Assembly: GCA_045655025.1 (NCBI GenBank)
Contig: JAZOOM010000106.1
Location: 1 to 37,011 of the forward strand
Length of the DNA stretch: 37,011 bases
Direction of reading: 5' to 3'
From: Eubacteriales bacterium
Lineage (GTDB): Bacteria; Bacillota; Clostridia; Oscillospirales; CAG-272
Below are positions 9,653-17,450 of the stretch, one piece after another. The notes below the pieces were generated by a model, which was not told the DNA's origin, ran no database searches, and saw only the letters and a program-made list of their open reading frames with translations. A program made the translations under genes and the position numbers. How positions within the stretch are numbered: the stretch's first letter is position 1; the number at the start of each line of letters is the position of its first letter.

Positions 9653-10984
9653 TTATTTTCCTTGATTCACGGTATCCATCACACCGTCCAGCGCCTCCAA
9701 GGCACGGGCGGCGTACACCTCATAGCGGGCAAGCTTGCCGCCCTTTACGCGGTAGTCCAAAGCGGGAATGATACCGAAATTGGCGTTCATGGGCACGAAG
9801 TCCGCAAGGCCGCCGTGGCTGATGTAGTGAGCCATGGCACCGATCATGGTGGTCTCGGGGAAGATCAAGGATTCCAGCCCCAGAGCCATGCGTGCGGCAT
9901 TGAGTCCCGCCACGAATCCCGAACCGGTGGACTCAATGTAGCCCTCCACACCTGTCATCTGACCGGCGAAGAAGACCTGTCCTCGGCCATACCCATTGCG
10001 AAGGCGGTAATCCGCATCCAGCAGATCGGGCGAGGGGAGGTAGGTGTTGCGGTGCATCACACCGTACCGGAGGAAATCGGCATTCTCCAGACCGGGGATC
10101 ATGGAGAATACGCGTTTTTGCGCGGGGAAGGTCAGATGAGTCTGGAAGCCCACCAGATTGTACATGCTTCCCTCCTTGTCCTCGCGGCGAAGCTGCACAA
10201 CGGCGTAGGAGCGAGCATCGGTACGGCTGTCCACCAGGCCAACGGGCTTGAGAGGGCCATACCGCAGGGTATCGTACCCGCGCTTGGCCATGACCTCCAC
10301 GGGCATACATCCCTCGAAGACCTTGAGATCCTTGTCGAAATCCTTCAGCTCCGCCTCCTCGGCGGTGATGAGGGCGTTATAGAAAGCATCGTACTGCTCC
10401 TTTGTCATGGGGCAGTTGATGTAGTCCGCGTCTCCCTTGTTGTAGCGGGAGGCAAAGAAGGCCACGTCCATATTGATGCTGGAGGCATCCACAATGGGAG
10501 CCACCGCGTCGAAGAAGTGGAGTCCCTCTCCCACCAGATGATCCTTCAGCCAGTCAGCAAAGGCATCCGAGGTCAGGGGGCCCGTAGCCACCACCGTAAT
10601 GCCCTCCTCGGGCAGGGCGGTGATCTCCTCCTCTACCACGGTGATGAGGGGATGGTTCTTGATCTTCTCGGTGATGTAAGCCGAGAACTTGTCCCGATCC
10701 ACCGCCAGAGCCGAGCCCGCGGCCACCTGCGTGGCACGAGCCGCCTCCATAATGAGGGATCCCATGCGGGACAGCTCCTCCTTCAGAAGACCCGAAGCCA
10801 CGGTGATGCGGTCGGAGCGCAGAGAGTTGGAGCAGACCAACTCGGCATAGCCCTCGTTATGGTGGGCGGGCGTGAACTTCTTGGGCTTCATTTCGTAGAG
10901 CGTAACCGAAACGCCTCTCTCGGCTACCTGCCAGGCGGCCTCACAGCCGGCCAGGCCTGCTCCGAAGATATTGACCTGTGCCAT
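9653..10984 (-). CDS. trmFO: Methylenetetrahydrofolate--tRNA-(uracil-5-)-methyltransferase TrmFO
   Basis: The FAD motif IFGAGLAGCEAAWQ, LVCSNSLRS and FAGQMTGVEGYIES are typical TrmFO/Gid. Conserved dprA-topA-trmFO order. Confidence 0.93.
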   Translation of the reverse strand: MAQVNIFGAGLAGCEAAWQVAERGVSVTLYEMKPKKFTPAHHNEGYAELVCSNSLRSDRITVASGLLKEELSRMGSLIMEAARATQVAAGSALAVDRDKFSAYITEKIKNHPLITVVEEEITALPEEGITVVATGPLTSDAFADWLKDHLVGEGLHFFDAVAPIVDASSINMDVAFFASRYNKGDADYINCPMTKEQYDAFYNALITAEEAELKDFDKDLKVFEGCMPVEVMAKRGYDTLRYGPLKPVGLVDSRTDARSYAVVQLRREDKEGSMYNLVGFQTHLTFPAQKRVFSMIPGLENADFLRYGVMHRNTYLPSPDLLDADYRLRNGYGRGQVFFAGQMTGVEGYIESTGSGFVAGLNAARMALGLESLIFPETTMIGAMAHYISHGGLADFVPMNANFGIIPALDYRVKGGKLARYEVYAARALEALDGVMDTVNQGK

Positions 10985-10987
10985 GGC

Positions 10988-13312
10988 TTACTCCTCTGCG
11001 CCGGTCTCAACGACGGGCTCGGTCTCGCGGGAATATCCGCAGGCCTTGTCGTGGCAAACCAGGAGAGCCTTGCCCTTCTTGCGGAAGAGCATCTGTCCGC
11101 AGGTGGGACAGGTCTCGGCGGTAGGCAGATCCCAGGAGGAGAAATCGCAATCGGGATACCGCTCGCAGCTGTAGAACACGGTCTTGTTGCGTCCCGTCTT
11201 CATAACCAGCTTGGCGGAGCACTTGGGGCAGGCTACACCGATGTCACGGGTCTTGGGCTTGGTGTACTTACAGGTGGGATAGGCCGAGCAAGCGTAGAAG
11301 CTGCCGTACCGCCCGTTACGAAGCACCATAGGTGCGCCGCACTTCTCGCACACCATATCCACCACAGCCTCCTCCTTCTTCTCCTCCTCGGCGGAATCGG
11401 CGGACTTCTGTGTCGCCGAAGGATCTCCCTCGGGAGTCAAAGGCTTCGTATTCTTACAGGTGGGATAGTTGGGGCAAGCGGCAAACTTACCGAAACGGCC
11501 GTTCTTGACGATCATCTGCGCTCCGCACTTATCGCAGAGCATATCGGTCGTCTCCACGGGGAGCTGAACGTTGATGCTTCCAATGGTACCCTCGGCGGCC
11601 ACCAGCTGGCGTTCAAAGCTTCCCCAGAAGCGAGAAAGCACAGTCTCCATCTCAATTTGTCCCGCCTCGATCTCGTCCAACTCATCCTCCATGTGAGCGG
11701 TGAACTGCTCGTCAACCACCGTGGAGAAATTGGCGATCATAATGGTGTTGGTAACCTCACCCAGCTCAGTGGGCACCAGAGACTTGGATTCCCGCTTGAC
11801 ATAGCCGCGGGAAATGATGGTGGTGATAATGGTAGCAAAGGTGGAGGGGCGGCCAATGCCCTTCTCCTCCAAAAGCTTGATCAGAGATGCCTCGGTGTAA
11901 CGGGGCGGGGGCTCGGTGAAATGGCGGGCAGGGTCAATGCTCTCGGAAGCCAGTACCTGTCCCTCGGTAAGCGCAGGAATACGAAGATCCTTCTGCTCCT
12001 CGGGCTCGTCGGCATGGGCGCGATGGGACTCATCCACCGACTCCTCATACACGGCCATGTAGCCGGGGAAGGTAACGGTATAACCGCTGGTGCGGAAGAG
12101 GTAGCTCTTGCATTCGAAATCCATGGTCAGCACGGCCAGATCGGCAGACTCCATCTGGCTGGCAATGAAGCGTTCCCAGATGAGCTTGTACAGGCGGTAC
12201 TGATCCGAGGAAAGATGCTTGCGAACCATGGAGGGCTCGATCTCCACACGGGCGGGGCGGATGGCCTCGTGGGCATCCTGCGCCGAGGCGCGGGTCTTGT
12301 ACACGCGAGGAGTCTCGGGATAGTAACGATCGCCGTACTTTTCCTTGATCAGAGAAGCGGCGGCGGCCTGAGCGTCAGCCGAGACGCGGAGAGAATCGGT
12401 ACGCATGTAGGTGATCAAACCCTGTACGCCGCCGAACTCCGAGCCCAGATTCACACCCTCGTACAGCTCCTGTGCCACGCGCATAACACGCTGAGACTGG
12501 AATCCCAGCTTGCGGGAGGCCTCCTGCTGCATGGTAGAGGTGGTAAAGGGCGGTGCGGGATTCTTCTTACGGGTAGAACGCTTGACGCTGTCCACAGTAA
12601 AGGGCTGACCCTCCACGGCATTGACCACCGTCATAGCCTCCTCCTCACAGGTCAGACGCATTTTTCCCGCATGCGTACCGTAAAAGCGAGCCACAAAATG
12701 CTTGCCCTCGGCAGGGATCAAGGTAGCGTCGATGGTCCAGTATTCCTCGGGAACAAAGGCACGGATCTCCTGCTCTCTGTCCACAATGATCTTGGTGGCC
12801 ACAGACTGAACTCTACCGGCAGACAGACCGCTCCGCACCGTCTTCCACAGGAAGGGAGACAGCTTATAGCCCACGATACGGTCGAGAATACGGCGAGTCT
12901 GCTGGGCATTGACCAGATTCATAGCAATGGGACGAGGCTGCTTGATAGCGGTCGTGACAACCGTCTTGGTAACTTCGTTGAAGGTCACACGCTGAACCTG
13001 CTCCACGGGGATGCCGAGCGCATTGGCCAGATGCCAGGAGATGGCTTCGCCCTCGCGATCAGGGTCGGTTGCCAAAAAGATCTTTCCGGCGTTCTTGGCT
13101 TCTTTTTTGATTTCCTTGATGATATCGCCCTTGCCGCGAATGTTGATATAGTGAGCGGCGAAGTTATTTTCAATGTCTACACCCAAGGTGCTCTTGGGCA
13201 GGTCACGGACGTGACCCACCGAAGCGATGACCTTGTAGTTCGAGCCGAGATAGCCCTTGATGGTGCTCGCCTTGGAGGGAGACTCCACGATGACCAGATT
13301 GGTTTTTGCCAT
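10988..13312 (-). CDS. topA: DNA topoisomerase I
   Basis: TOPRIM start LVIVESPSKA, ATDPDREGE, and the active-site region YMRTDS. Four C-terminal Cys4 zinc ribbons (for example CDKCGAQM...CPNYPTC). Confidence 0.95.
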   Translation of the reverse strand: MAKTNLVIVESPSKASTIKGYLGSNYKVIASVGHVRDLPKSTLGVDIENNFAAHYINIRGKGDIIKEIKKEAKNAGKIFLATDPDREGEAISWHLANALGIPVEQVQRVTFNEVTKTVVTTAIKQPRPIAMNLVNAQQTRRILDRIVGYKLSPFLWKTVRSGLSAGRVQSVATKIIVDREQEIRAFVPEEYWTIDATLIPAEGKHFVARFYGTHAGKMRLTCEEEAMTVVNAVEGQPFTVDSVKRSTRKKNPAPPFTTSTMQQEASRKLGFQSQRVMRVAQELYEGVNLGSEFGGVQGLITYMRTDSLRVSADAQAAAASLIKEKYGDRYYPETPRVYKTRASAQDAHEAIRPARVEIEPSMVRKHLSSDQYRLYKLIWERFIASQMESADLAVLTMDFECKSYLFRTSGYTVTFPGYMAVYEESVDESHRAHADEPEEQKDLRIPALTEGQVLASESIDPARHFTEPPPRYTEASLIKLLEEKGIGRPSTFATIITTIISRGYVKRESKSLVPTELGEVTNTIMIANFSTVVDEQFTAHMEDELDEIEAGQIEMETVLSRFWGSFERQLVAAEGTIGSINVQLPVETTDMLCDKCGAQMIVKNGRFGKFAACPNYPTCKNTKPLTPEGDPSATQKSADSAEEEKKEEAVVDMVCEKCGAPMVLRNGRYGSFYACSAYPTCKYTKPKTRDIGVACPKCSAKLVMKTGRNKTVFYSCERYPDCDFSSWDLPTAETCPTCGQMLFRKKGKALLVCHDKACGYSRETEPVVETGAEE

Positions 13313-13351
13313 GGGATTCTATCGTTCCTTTCGTGATTTGCACTTGCAAAT

Positions 13352-14686
13352 TTATTTTCTTGAGTAAAGTCCGCCGGGGAGCGTAACGGTCAAGCCCTTG
13401 ATCTCCAGGATGGTCATGGCGGCCATGACCTCCCCGACGCTGAAGCCCTCCCGCGTGAGATAATCCACGGTAACGGCATGATCCAGAGGAAGCAGCTCAA
13501 AGATCCGTCGCTGGCTATCGGTCAAATGCTTCAAGACCTGCTCGGACAGATCCCCCTTAGCGGGTGTTGCGCCGGAAGCGGAAGCCTTCTCGGGACTTCC
13601 TTTGTCTTTTTTCTCAGCGGTGTGAGCGGGAGCCGTTTTGGGAGCAGGGTGGAAAGAGCTGAGAGCAGGAGTCTTGGCATCCGCCTCATTCTTACTTCCC
13701 TGCCGTGTCCGAGGCTTCACCATTCGTACGGCCACACCCAGCTCGGCCAGAAACGCGTCGTCCGGATCCGAATGAAGCTCCGCGCGGCGCAGCTTTGTCA
13801 AATCCAACACATCCCGATACAGAAAGCTGTAATCCTCCAGTACGTCAGACGCAGAGAGGATCATAGCGGCACCTCCGGCAATGAGTTGGTTTGTACCGGC
13901 CGAATTGGTCTCACCCACGTTCCCGGGGAACGCGTAAATGGCGCGTCCCTGTAGGATCGCGGCCCGGGCCGTGATCATGGCACCGGAGCGCTGATCTCCC
14001 TCTACCACCACGGTTCCTTGAGAAAGGCCGCTGATGATGCGGTTTCGAATGGGGAAATTGCGGCTCTCAGGCGGTGTCGCGGGAGAGAACTCCGTCATGA
14101 CACAGCCGTTCCGCTTGATACGGGCGGCCAGAGGCTTGTGCTCATGGGGATATACCATGTCGATCCCACAGCCCAGTACAGCCACCGTCTGACCTTCTGC
14201 CGCCAACGCGCCGGCGGCGGCCACGCTGTCGTTACCAAGTGCCATACCGGAAACCACTACCGTGCCCGCGGATGCCAGCTCATAGCCTATTTTATACGCC
14301 ATTCGTTTGCCGTATTCGCTCATGCTCCGCGTACCCACCACGCTGATGCATAGGCGGCGGGAGAAATCCGGGAGAGTGCCTTGATAGTAAAGCAAAACAG
14401 GCGGATCGCGGAGCGGACGGAGGGAAACGGGATAATTCTCGTCTTGCCAGAACAGAAGACCCACCCGATTCCTGCGGCAGTACTCCATGATGCGAGTCGC
14501 CTCCTCCAAAGACTTATCCGCCAGCCGAAGCTTCAGATTCTTGGAGCAAGGGAGCGCTTCCAGCTCCGCCTCCTCAGCGTGGTAGATGTCGTAGGGTGAG
14601 CCGCAGGTCTCCAACAGAGCTTGGAATTCCCGATTTTGCGGCCCGCAACGGAGGGCGAACCAGATCTCAAACAATCTATCCTTCAT
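13352..14686 (-). CDS. dprA: DNA processing protein DprA (Smf)
   Basis: VVGTRSMSEYG, SGMALGNDSVAAAGAL, GCGIDMVYP and FPIRNRIISGLS are DprA motifs. Trimmed to the ATG at 14686 (MKDRLFEIW); the track's extension runs into the upstream gene. Confidence 0.9.
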   Translation of the reverse strand: MKDRLFEIWFALRCGPQNREFQALLETCGSPYDIYHAEEAELEALPCSKNLKLRLADKSLEEATRIMEYCRRNRVGLLFWQDENYPVSLRPLRDPPVLLYYQGTLPDFSRRLCISVVGTRSMSEYGKRMAYKIGYELASAGTVVVSGMALGNDSVAAAGALAAEGQTVAVLGCGIDMVYPHEHKPLAARIKRNGCVMTEFSPATPPESRNFPIRNRIISGLSQGTVVVEGDQRSGAMITARAAILQGRAIYAFPGNVGETNSAGTNQLIAGGAAMILSASDVLEDYSFLYRDVLDLTKLRRAELHSDPDDAFLAELGVAVRMVKPRTRQGSKNEADAKTPALSSFHPAPKTAPAHTAEKKDKGSPEKASASGATPAKGDLSEQVLKHLTDSQRRIFELLPLDHAVTVDYLTREGFSVGEVMAAMTILEIKGLTVTLPGGLYSRK

Positions 14687-14717
14687 GGCGTACTCCTTTT
14701 GTCCGTTCGTTGATTGC

Positions 14718-15584
14718 TTACTTTTTACACAGCTCCCACATGATGAGAGCGGCGGCCACCCCCGCATTGAGGGATTCGGTATCCGCCTCCATGGGAATGT
14801 ATACGCTGCGGTCGCAAGCCTGTATCACAGCCTCCGACAACCCGTGTCCCTCGTTGCCGATAACGGCACAGGCAGGGATGCTTCCCTTTTCGGCCTCCAA
14901 CTCGGGAGAGCCCAAGCGGATGGCGGTGTCATCCAAAGCAGCGGCGTAGACCCGTCTCCCTTCGGCGCGGAGGGCTCGAATGGTTCCGGGCAGATCCTCC
15001 ACACGGGTGATGGGCATGGAGAACAAAGGCCCCATGGCCGCACGAAGCGTGCGAGGATGGTAGAGGTCGGCACAGTCGGCGCTCATAATGAGATGACCGA
15101 CACCCAGAGCGGCGGCGCTTCGAATGATCGCGCCCACGTTCAGGGGATCCCGAACCGACTCCATGAGAATGACGGGCGCGTCACGGCGGACGGACACTTC
15201 GTCTTCCTTATATATTATAATTAAATTGTGGGATTTGTCAATATATTTTGCAACGGTTATGACCCCTTCCGGGGCATTTTCTTGAGAAATTTTTTCAAAC
15301 AGACTGTCCTCCACCCCAAAAACAGGGCAAGACACATCCCGCAGGGAGCATCCGTACAGCTCCTGCATGCGAGCCTCCAGCTTTTCAGCAGTACCGACGC
15401 GAACGAACAGGCTGTCCAACTCCACACCGCGGCGCAACGCCTCGCAAAGGAGCTTCACCCCGTCAAAACGAAACCGACGGGTGTGTTCACGGGTACGGCG
15501 ATCATCCAGCTTCATGAGCTCGACGATGCGGCGATTCTGGCGAGAGGTGATGATCTCGCCGTCAAAGGAGATATTCCGGGGCAT
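14718..15584 (-). CDS. SpoU/TrmH-family RNA 2'-O-methyltransferase
   Basis: The C-terminal SPOUT motifs are VRDPLNVGAIIRSA, VIGNEGHGLS and IPM...ESLNAGVAAALIMWE. The ATG at 15584 follows GAGGTG. The track's N-terminal extension crosses the rplT terminator. Confidence 0.85.
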   Translation of the reverse strand: MPRNISFDGEIITSRQNRRIVELMKLDDRRTREHTRRFRFDGVKLLCEALRRGVELDSLFVRVGTAEKLEARMQELYGCSLRDVSCPVFGVEDSLFEKISQENAPEGVITVAKYIDKSHNLIIIYKEDEVSVRRDAPVILMESVRDPLNVGAIIRSAAALGVGHLIMSADCADLYHPRTLRAAMGPLFSMPITRVEDLPGTIRALRAEGRRVYAAALDDTAIRLGSPELEAEKGSIPACAVIGNEGHGLSEAVIQACDRSVYIPMEADTESLNAGVAAALIMWELCKK

Positions 15585-15702
15585 GGGTACACCTCGTTTC
15601 TTTGTTTTTCGGAAGGGTTTCACGGGGAAAAATCTCTCAAAAAGCGGCAATGTACCACGTCTTTGAGGGAATTTCGCCCCCCTCAAAAGGGGGCATTCAA
15701 TG

Positions 15703-15740
15703 ATAAAAACCCGAGTGGCTTGCGCCCATCGGGTTTTTAT
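15703..15740 (-). terminator. Rho-independent terminator after rplT
   Basis: On the minus strand, AACCCGATGGG-CGCAAG-CCACTCGGGTT is followed by TTTTATCA. It lies about 15 nt after the rplT stop. Confidence 0.7.
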
Positions 15741-15750
15741 ATTGATCACA

Positions 15751-16104
15751 TTACAGTGCAGCCTTAGCCTGCTCGCACAGAGCGGCGAAAGCCTCCTTGT
15801 CGGAAATAGCGATCTCGGACAGCATCTTACGGTTCAGGGTGATGCCTGCCTTCTTCAGACCGTTCATGAAGGTGGAGTAGTTCATACCGTTAGCCTTGCA
15901 GCCGGCGGAGATACGGGTGATCCACAGACGGCGGAAGTCGCGCTTCTTCATGCGACGGCCGGCGAATGCGTAGTTGCCGCTCTTCATGACGGCTTCCTTA
16001 GCCATCTTAAAGTGCTTGGACTTGCTGCCCCAGTAACCCTTAGCAGCCTTCAGAACCTTATTTCTTCTCTTGCGCGTCATCATTGCGCCCTTAATTCTTG
16101 CCAT
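15751..16104 (-). CDS. rplT: 50S ribosomal protein L20
   Basis: [29 protein letters not shown]...[11 protein letters not shown] is canonical L20. Confidence 0.95.
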   Translation of the reverse strand: MARIKGAMMTRKRRNKVLKAAKGYWGSKSKHFKMAKEAVMKSGNYAFAGRRMKKRDFRRLWITRISAGCKANGMNYSTFMNGLKKAGITLNRKMLSEIAISDKEAFAALCEQAKAAL

Positions 16105-16135
16105 TTTTCTTTCCTCCTATAGCGATTCTCGTTGA

Positions 16136-16330
16136 TTACTTCTGGATGAGTGCTCTGATGTTGGCAGTCATTGCCTCGCTCAGAATGGCGCTGGAGCGCA
16201 GATGTCTCTTTCTCTTGGCAGTCTTCTTGCCCAGGTTGTGGCGGTGGTGGCAGTGGTTGATCTTCACCTTACCGGTACCGGTCACGGAAAATCTCTTGGC
16301 AGATGCCTTGTGTGTCTTAACCTTTCCCAT
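16136..16330 (-). CDS. rpmI: 50S ribosomal protein L35
   Basis: MGKVKTHKASAKRFSVTGTGKVK...HRHNLGKKT is canonical L35. Trimmed to the ATG at 16330. Confidence 0.93.
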   Translation of the reverse strand: MGKVKTHKASAKRFSVTGTGKVKINHCHHRHNLGKKTAKRKRHLRSSAILSEAMTANIRALIQK

Positions 16331-16519
16331 TTTTCTTTTCCTTCTTTCATTGTACTGAATGGCCGCGCAATGGGGTTCGCACGGCGCATCCGTTGGCCCA
16401 TCTTTGGGGCCGTTTATCATGCATACCCTCGAGATCGAGGTTCATGAACAAAAATGTGGGGGGATGTGCGTATATCGTAGGTTACCCTTCGATGCAGACA
16501 GTGTCTGCGCACAGAATGC

Positions 16520-17053
16520 TTACTTCTTGTTGGAGAGGGGACTGATGACCATGCTCATGAAACGACCGTCCAAAACGGGCTTCTTGTCGCAGGAACCGAC
16601 GTCCTTCACATCCTCGAGGAACTTCTCGAGAATATCACGGCCGATGGCCATGTGGCTCATCTCACGTCCGCGGAACTTCATGACCACGCGAACCTTGTTG
16701 CCGGAGGTCAGGAACTTTCTGGCCTGGTTCATCTTGGTCTCATAGTCGTGGGTGTCGATGCGGCAGGACAGCTGGATCTCCTTGAGCTCCACGGTCTGCT
16801 GCTTCTTCTTGGCTTCCTTCTCTCTCTTCTGCTTCTCAAAGCAGAACTTGCCGTAGTCCATGATCTTGCACACAGGGGGAGTTGCCATAGGTGCGATCAT
16901 GACCAGATCCAATTCCTTCTCATAGGCGATCTTGAGGGCTTCCTTGGAGCTCATGATACCAAGGGGCTCTCCATCGGCGGTTACGACTCGGATCTCCTTC
17001 GCGGTGATTTCCTCGTTGAGGAGAGTCTGAGCTTCTTTAGCATTCGCGGCGAT
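16520..17053 (-). CDS. infC: Translation initiation factor IF-3, probable AUC start codon
   Basis: LNEEITAKEIRVVTADGEPLGIM...PPVCKIMDYGKFCFEKQKREKEAKKK...VMKFRGRE is IF-3. No ATG/GTG/TTG lies between the AGGAGG RBS (17063-17068) and the conserved N-domain. ATC at 17051-17053 sits 9 nt after the RBS. infC classically uses a non-AUG start. Confidence 0.8.
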   Translation of the reverse strand: MAANAKEAQTLLNEEITAKEIRVVTADGEPLGIMSSKEALKIAYEKELDLVMIAPMATPPVCKIMDYGKFCFEKQKREKEAKKKQQTVELKEIQLSCRIDTHDYETKMNQARKFLTSGNKVRVVMKFRGREMSHMAIGRDILEKFLEDVKDVGSCDKKPVLDGRFMSMVISPLSNKK

Positions 17054-17200
17054 AGGTAAACACCTCCTAAAAATAAAAATCGTACCGAAGCGATTCACCC
17101 CGGCACACAGAAACCCACCCATATCTTTGAGCGGAACGTCTATTGACCTCAGCGCGTTCACAGACGGCGGGGTGGAAACCGGGTGGTTTCGCTTCATTTA
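17054..17200 (-). promoter_or_regulatory. Structured infC-rpmI-rplT leader; candidate L20-type ribosomal-protein leader
   Basis: About 147 nt between the predicted TSS and the infC start. It has hairpin GAAACC-ACCC-GGUUUC (17175-17190). A downstream GGGUGGGUUUC (17110-17120) can pair alternatively with the 5' arm. A terminator-like hairpin lies just before the RBS. Confidence 0.45.
17067..17097 (-). terminator. Candidate attenuator terminator within the infC leader
   Basis: The minus-strand RNA AAUCGC-UUCG-G(UA)CGAUU has a UUCG tetraloop and is followed by UUUAUUUUU, directly upstream of AGGAGG. Confidence 0.4.
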
Positions 17201-17207
17201 CTGCAAT

Positions 17208-17236
17208 AGTATAGCACAAAGGAGTGCATTTGTCAA
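17208..17236 (-). promoter_or_regulatory. Sigma-A type promoter of the infC operon
   Basis: Minus strand reads TTGACA-17 nt-TATACT with an extended -10 (TGc): TTGACAaatgcactcctttgTGcTATACT. Confidence 0.7.
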
Positions 17237-17303
17237 TAGCTTTTCAAAAAATATTTTTGTATTTTTCATCTTTTTGAAAAGTCGCATGGCTCAGGCAAGG
17301 AGC

Positions 17304-17329
17304 AAGGAGACCCCGCGCGGGGTCTCCTT
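17304..17329 (-). terminator. Perfect 11-bp GC hairpin downstream of the 722-aa gene; no clear U-tract
   Basis: AAGGAGACCCC-GCGC-GGGGTCTCCTT. It lies 120 nt after the stop at 17451, and the flanks are only weakly T-rich on either strand. Confidence 0.4.
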
Positions 17330-17450
17330 GAAGGTTATCTGCCCTTGTAGCTCCAAATTAATCGAGTCGTCGTTGCGGATCCAATACTCGCCGCTCCCCG
17401 CACGATGAGTTTTCAGAGATGCCCTCCGATCGGCGCAACGACACCCACTA

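Noticed and set aside
9335-13336. Very long ORFs antisense to real genes. On the plus strand: 9335-13336 (1333 aa), 20194-24084 (1296 aa), 32685-35477 (930 aa), 2086-3981, 3185-4810, 6164-7450, 7880-9247 and 30876-32474. On the minus strand: 28062-28928 and 29042-30685.
   Set aside because: Each lies exactly antisense to a CDS with clear family motifs. Their translations are low-complexity (Gly/Leu/Val/His/Asp-rich) with no recognisable domains. Stop-poor antisense frames are expected in high-GC coding DNA.
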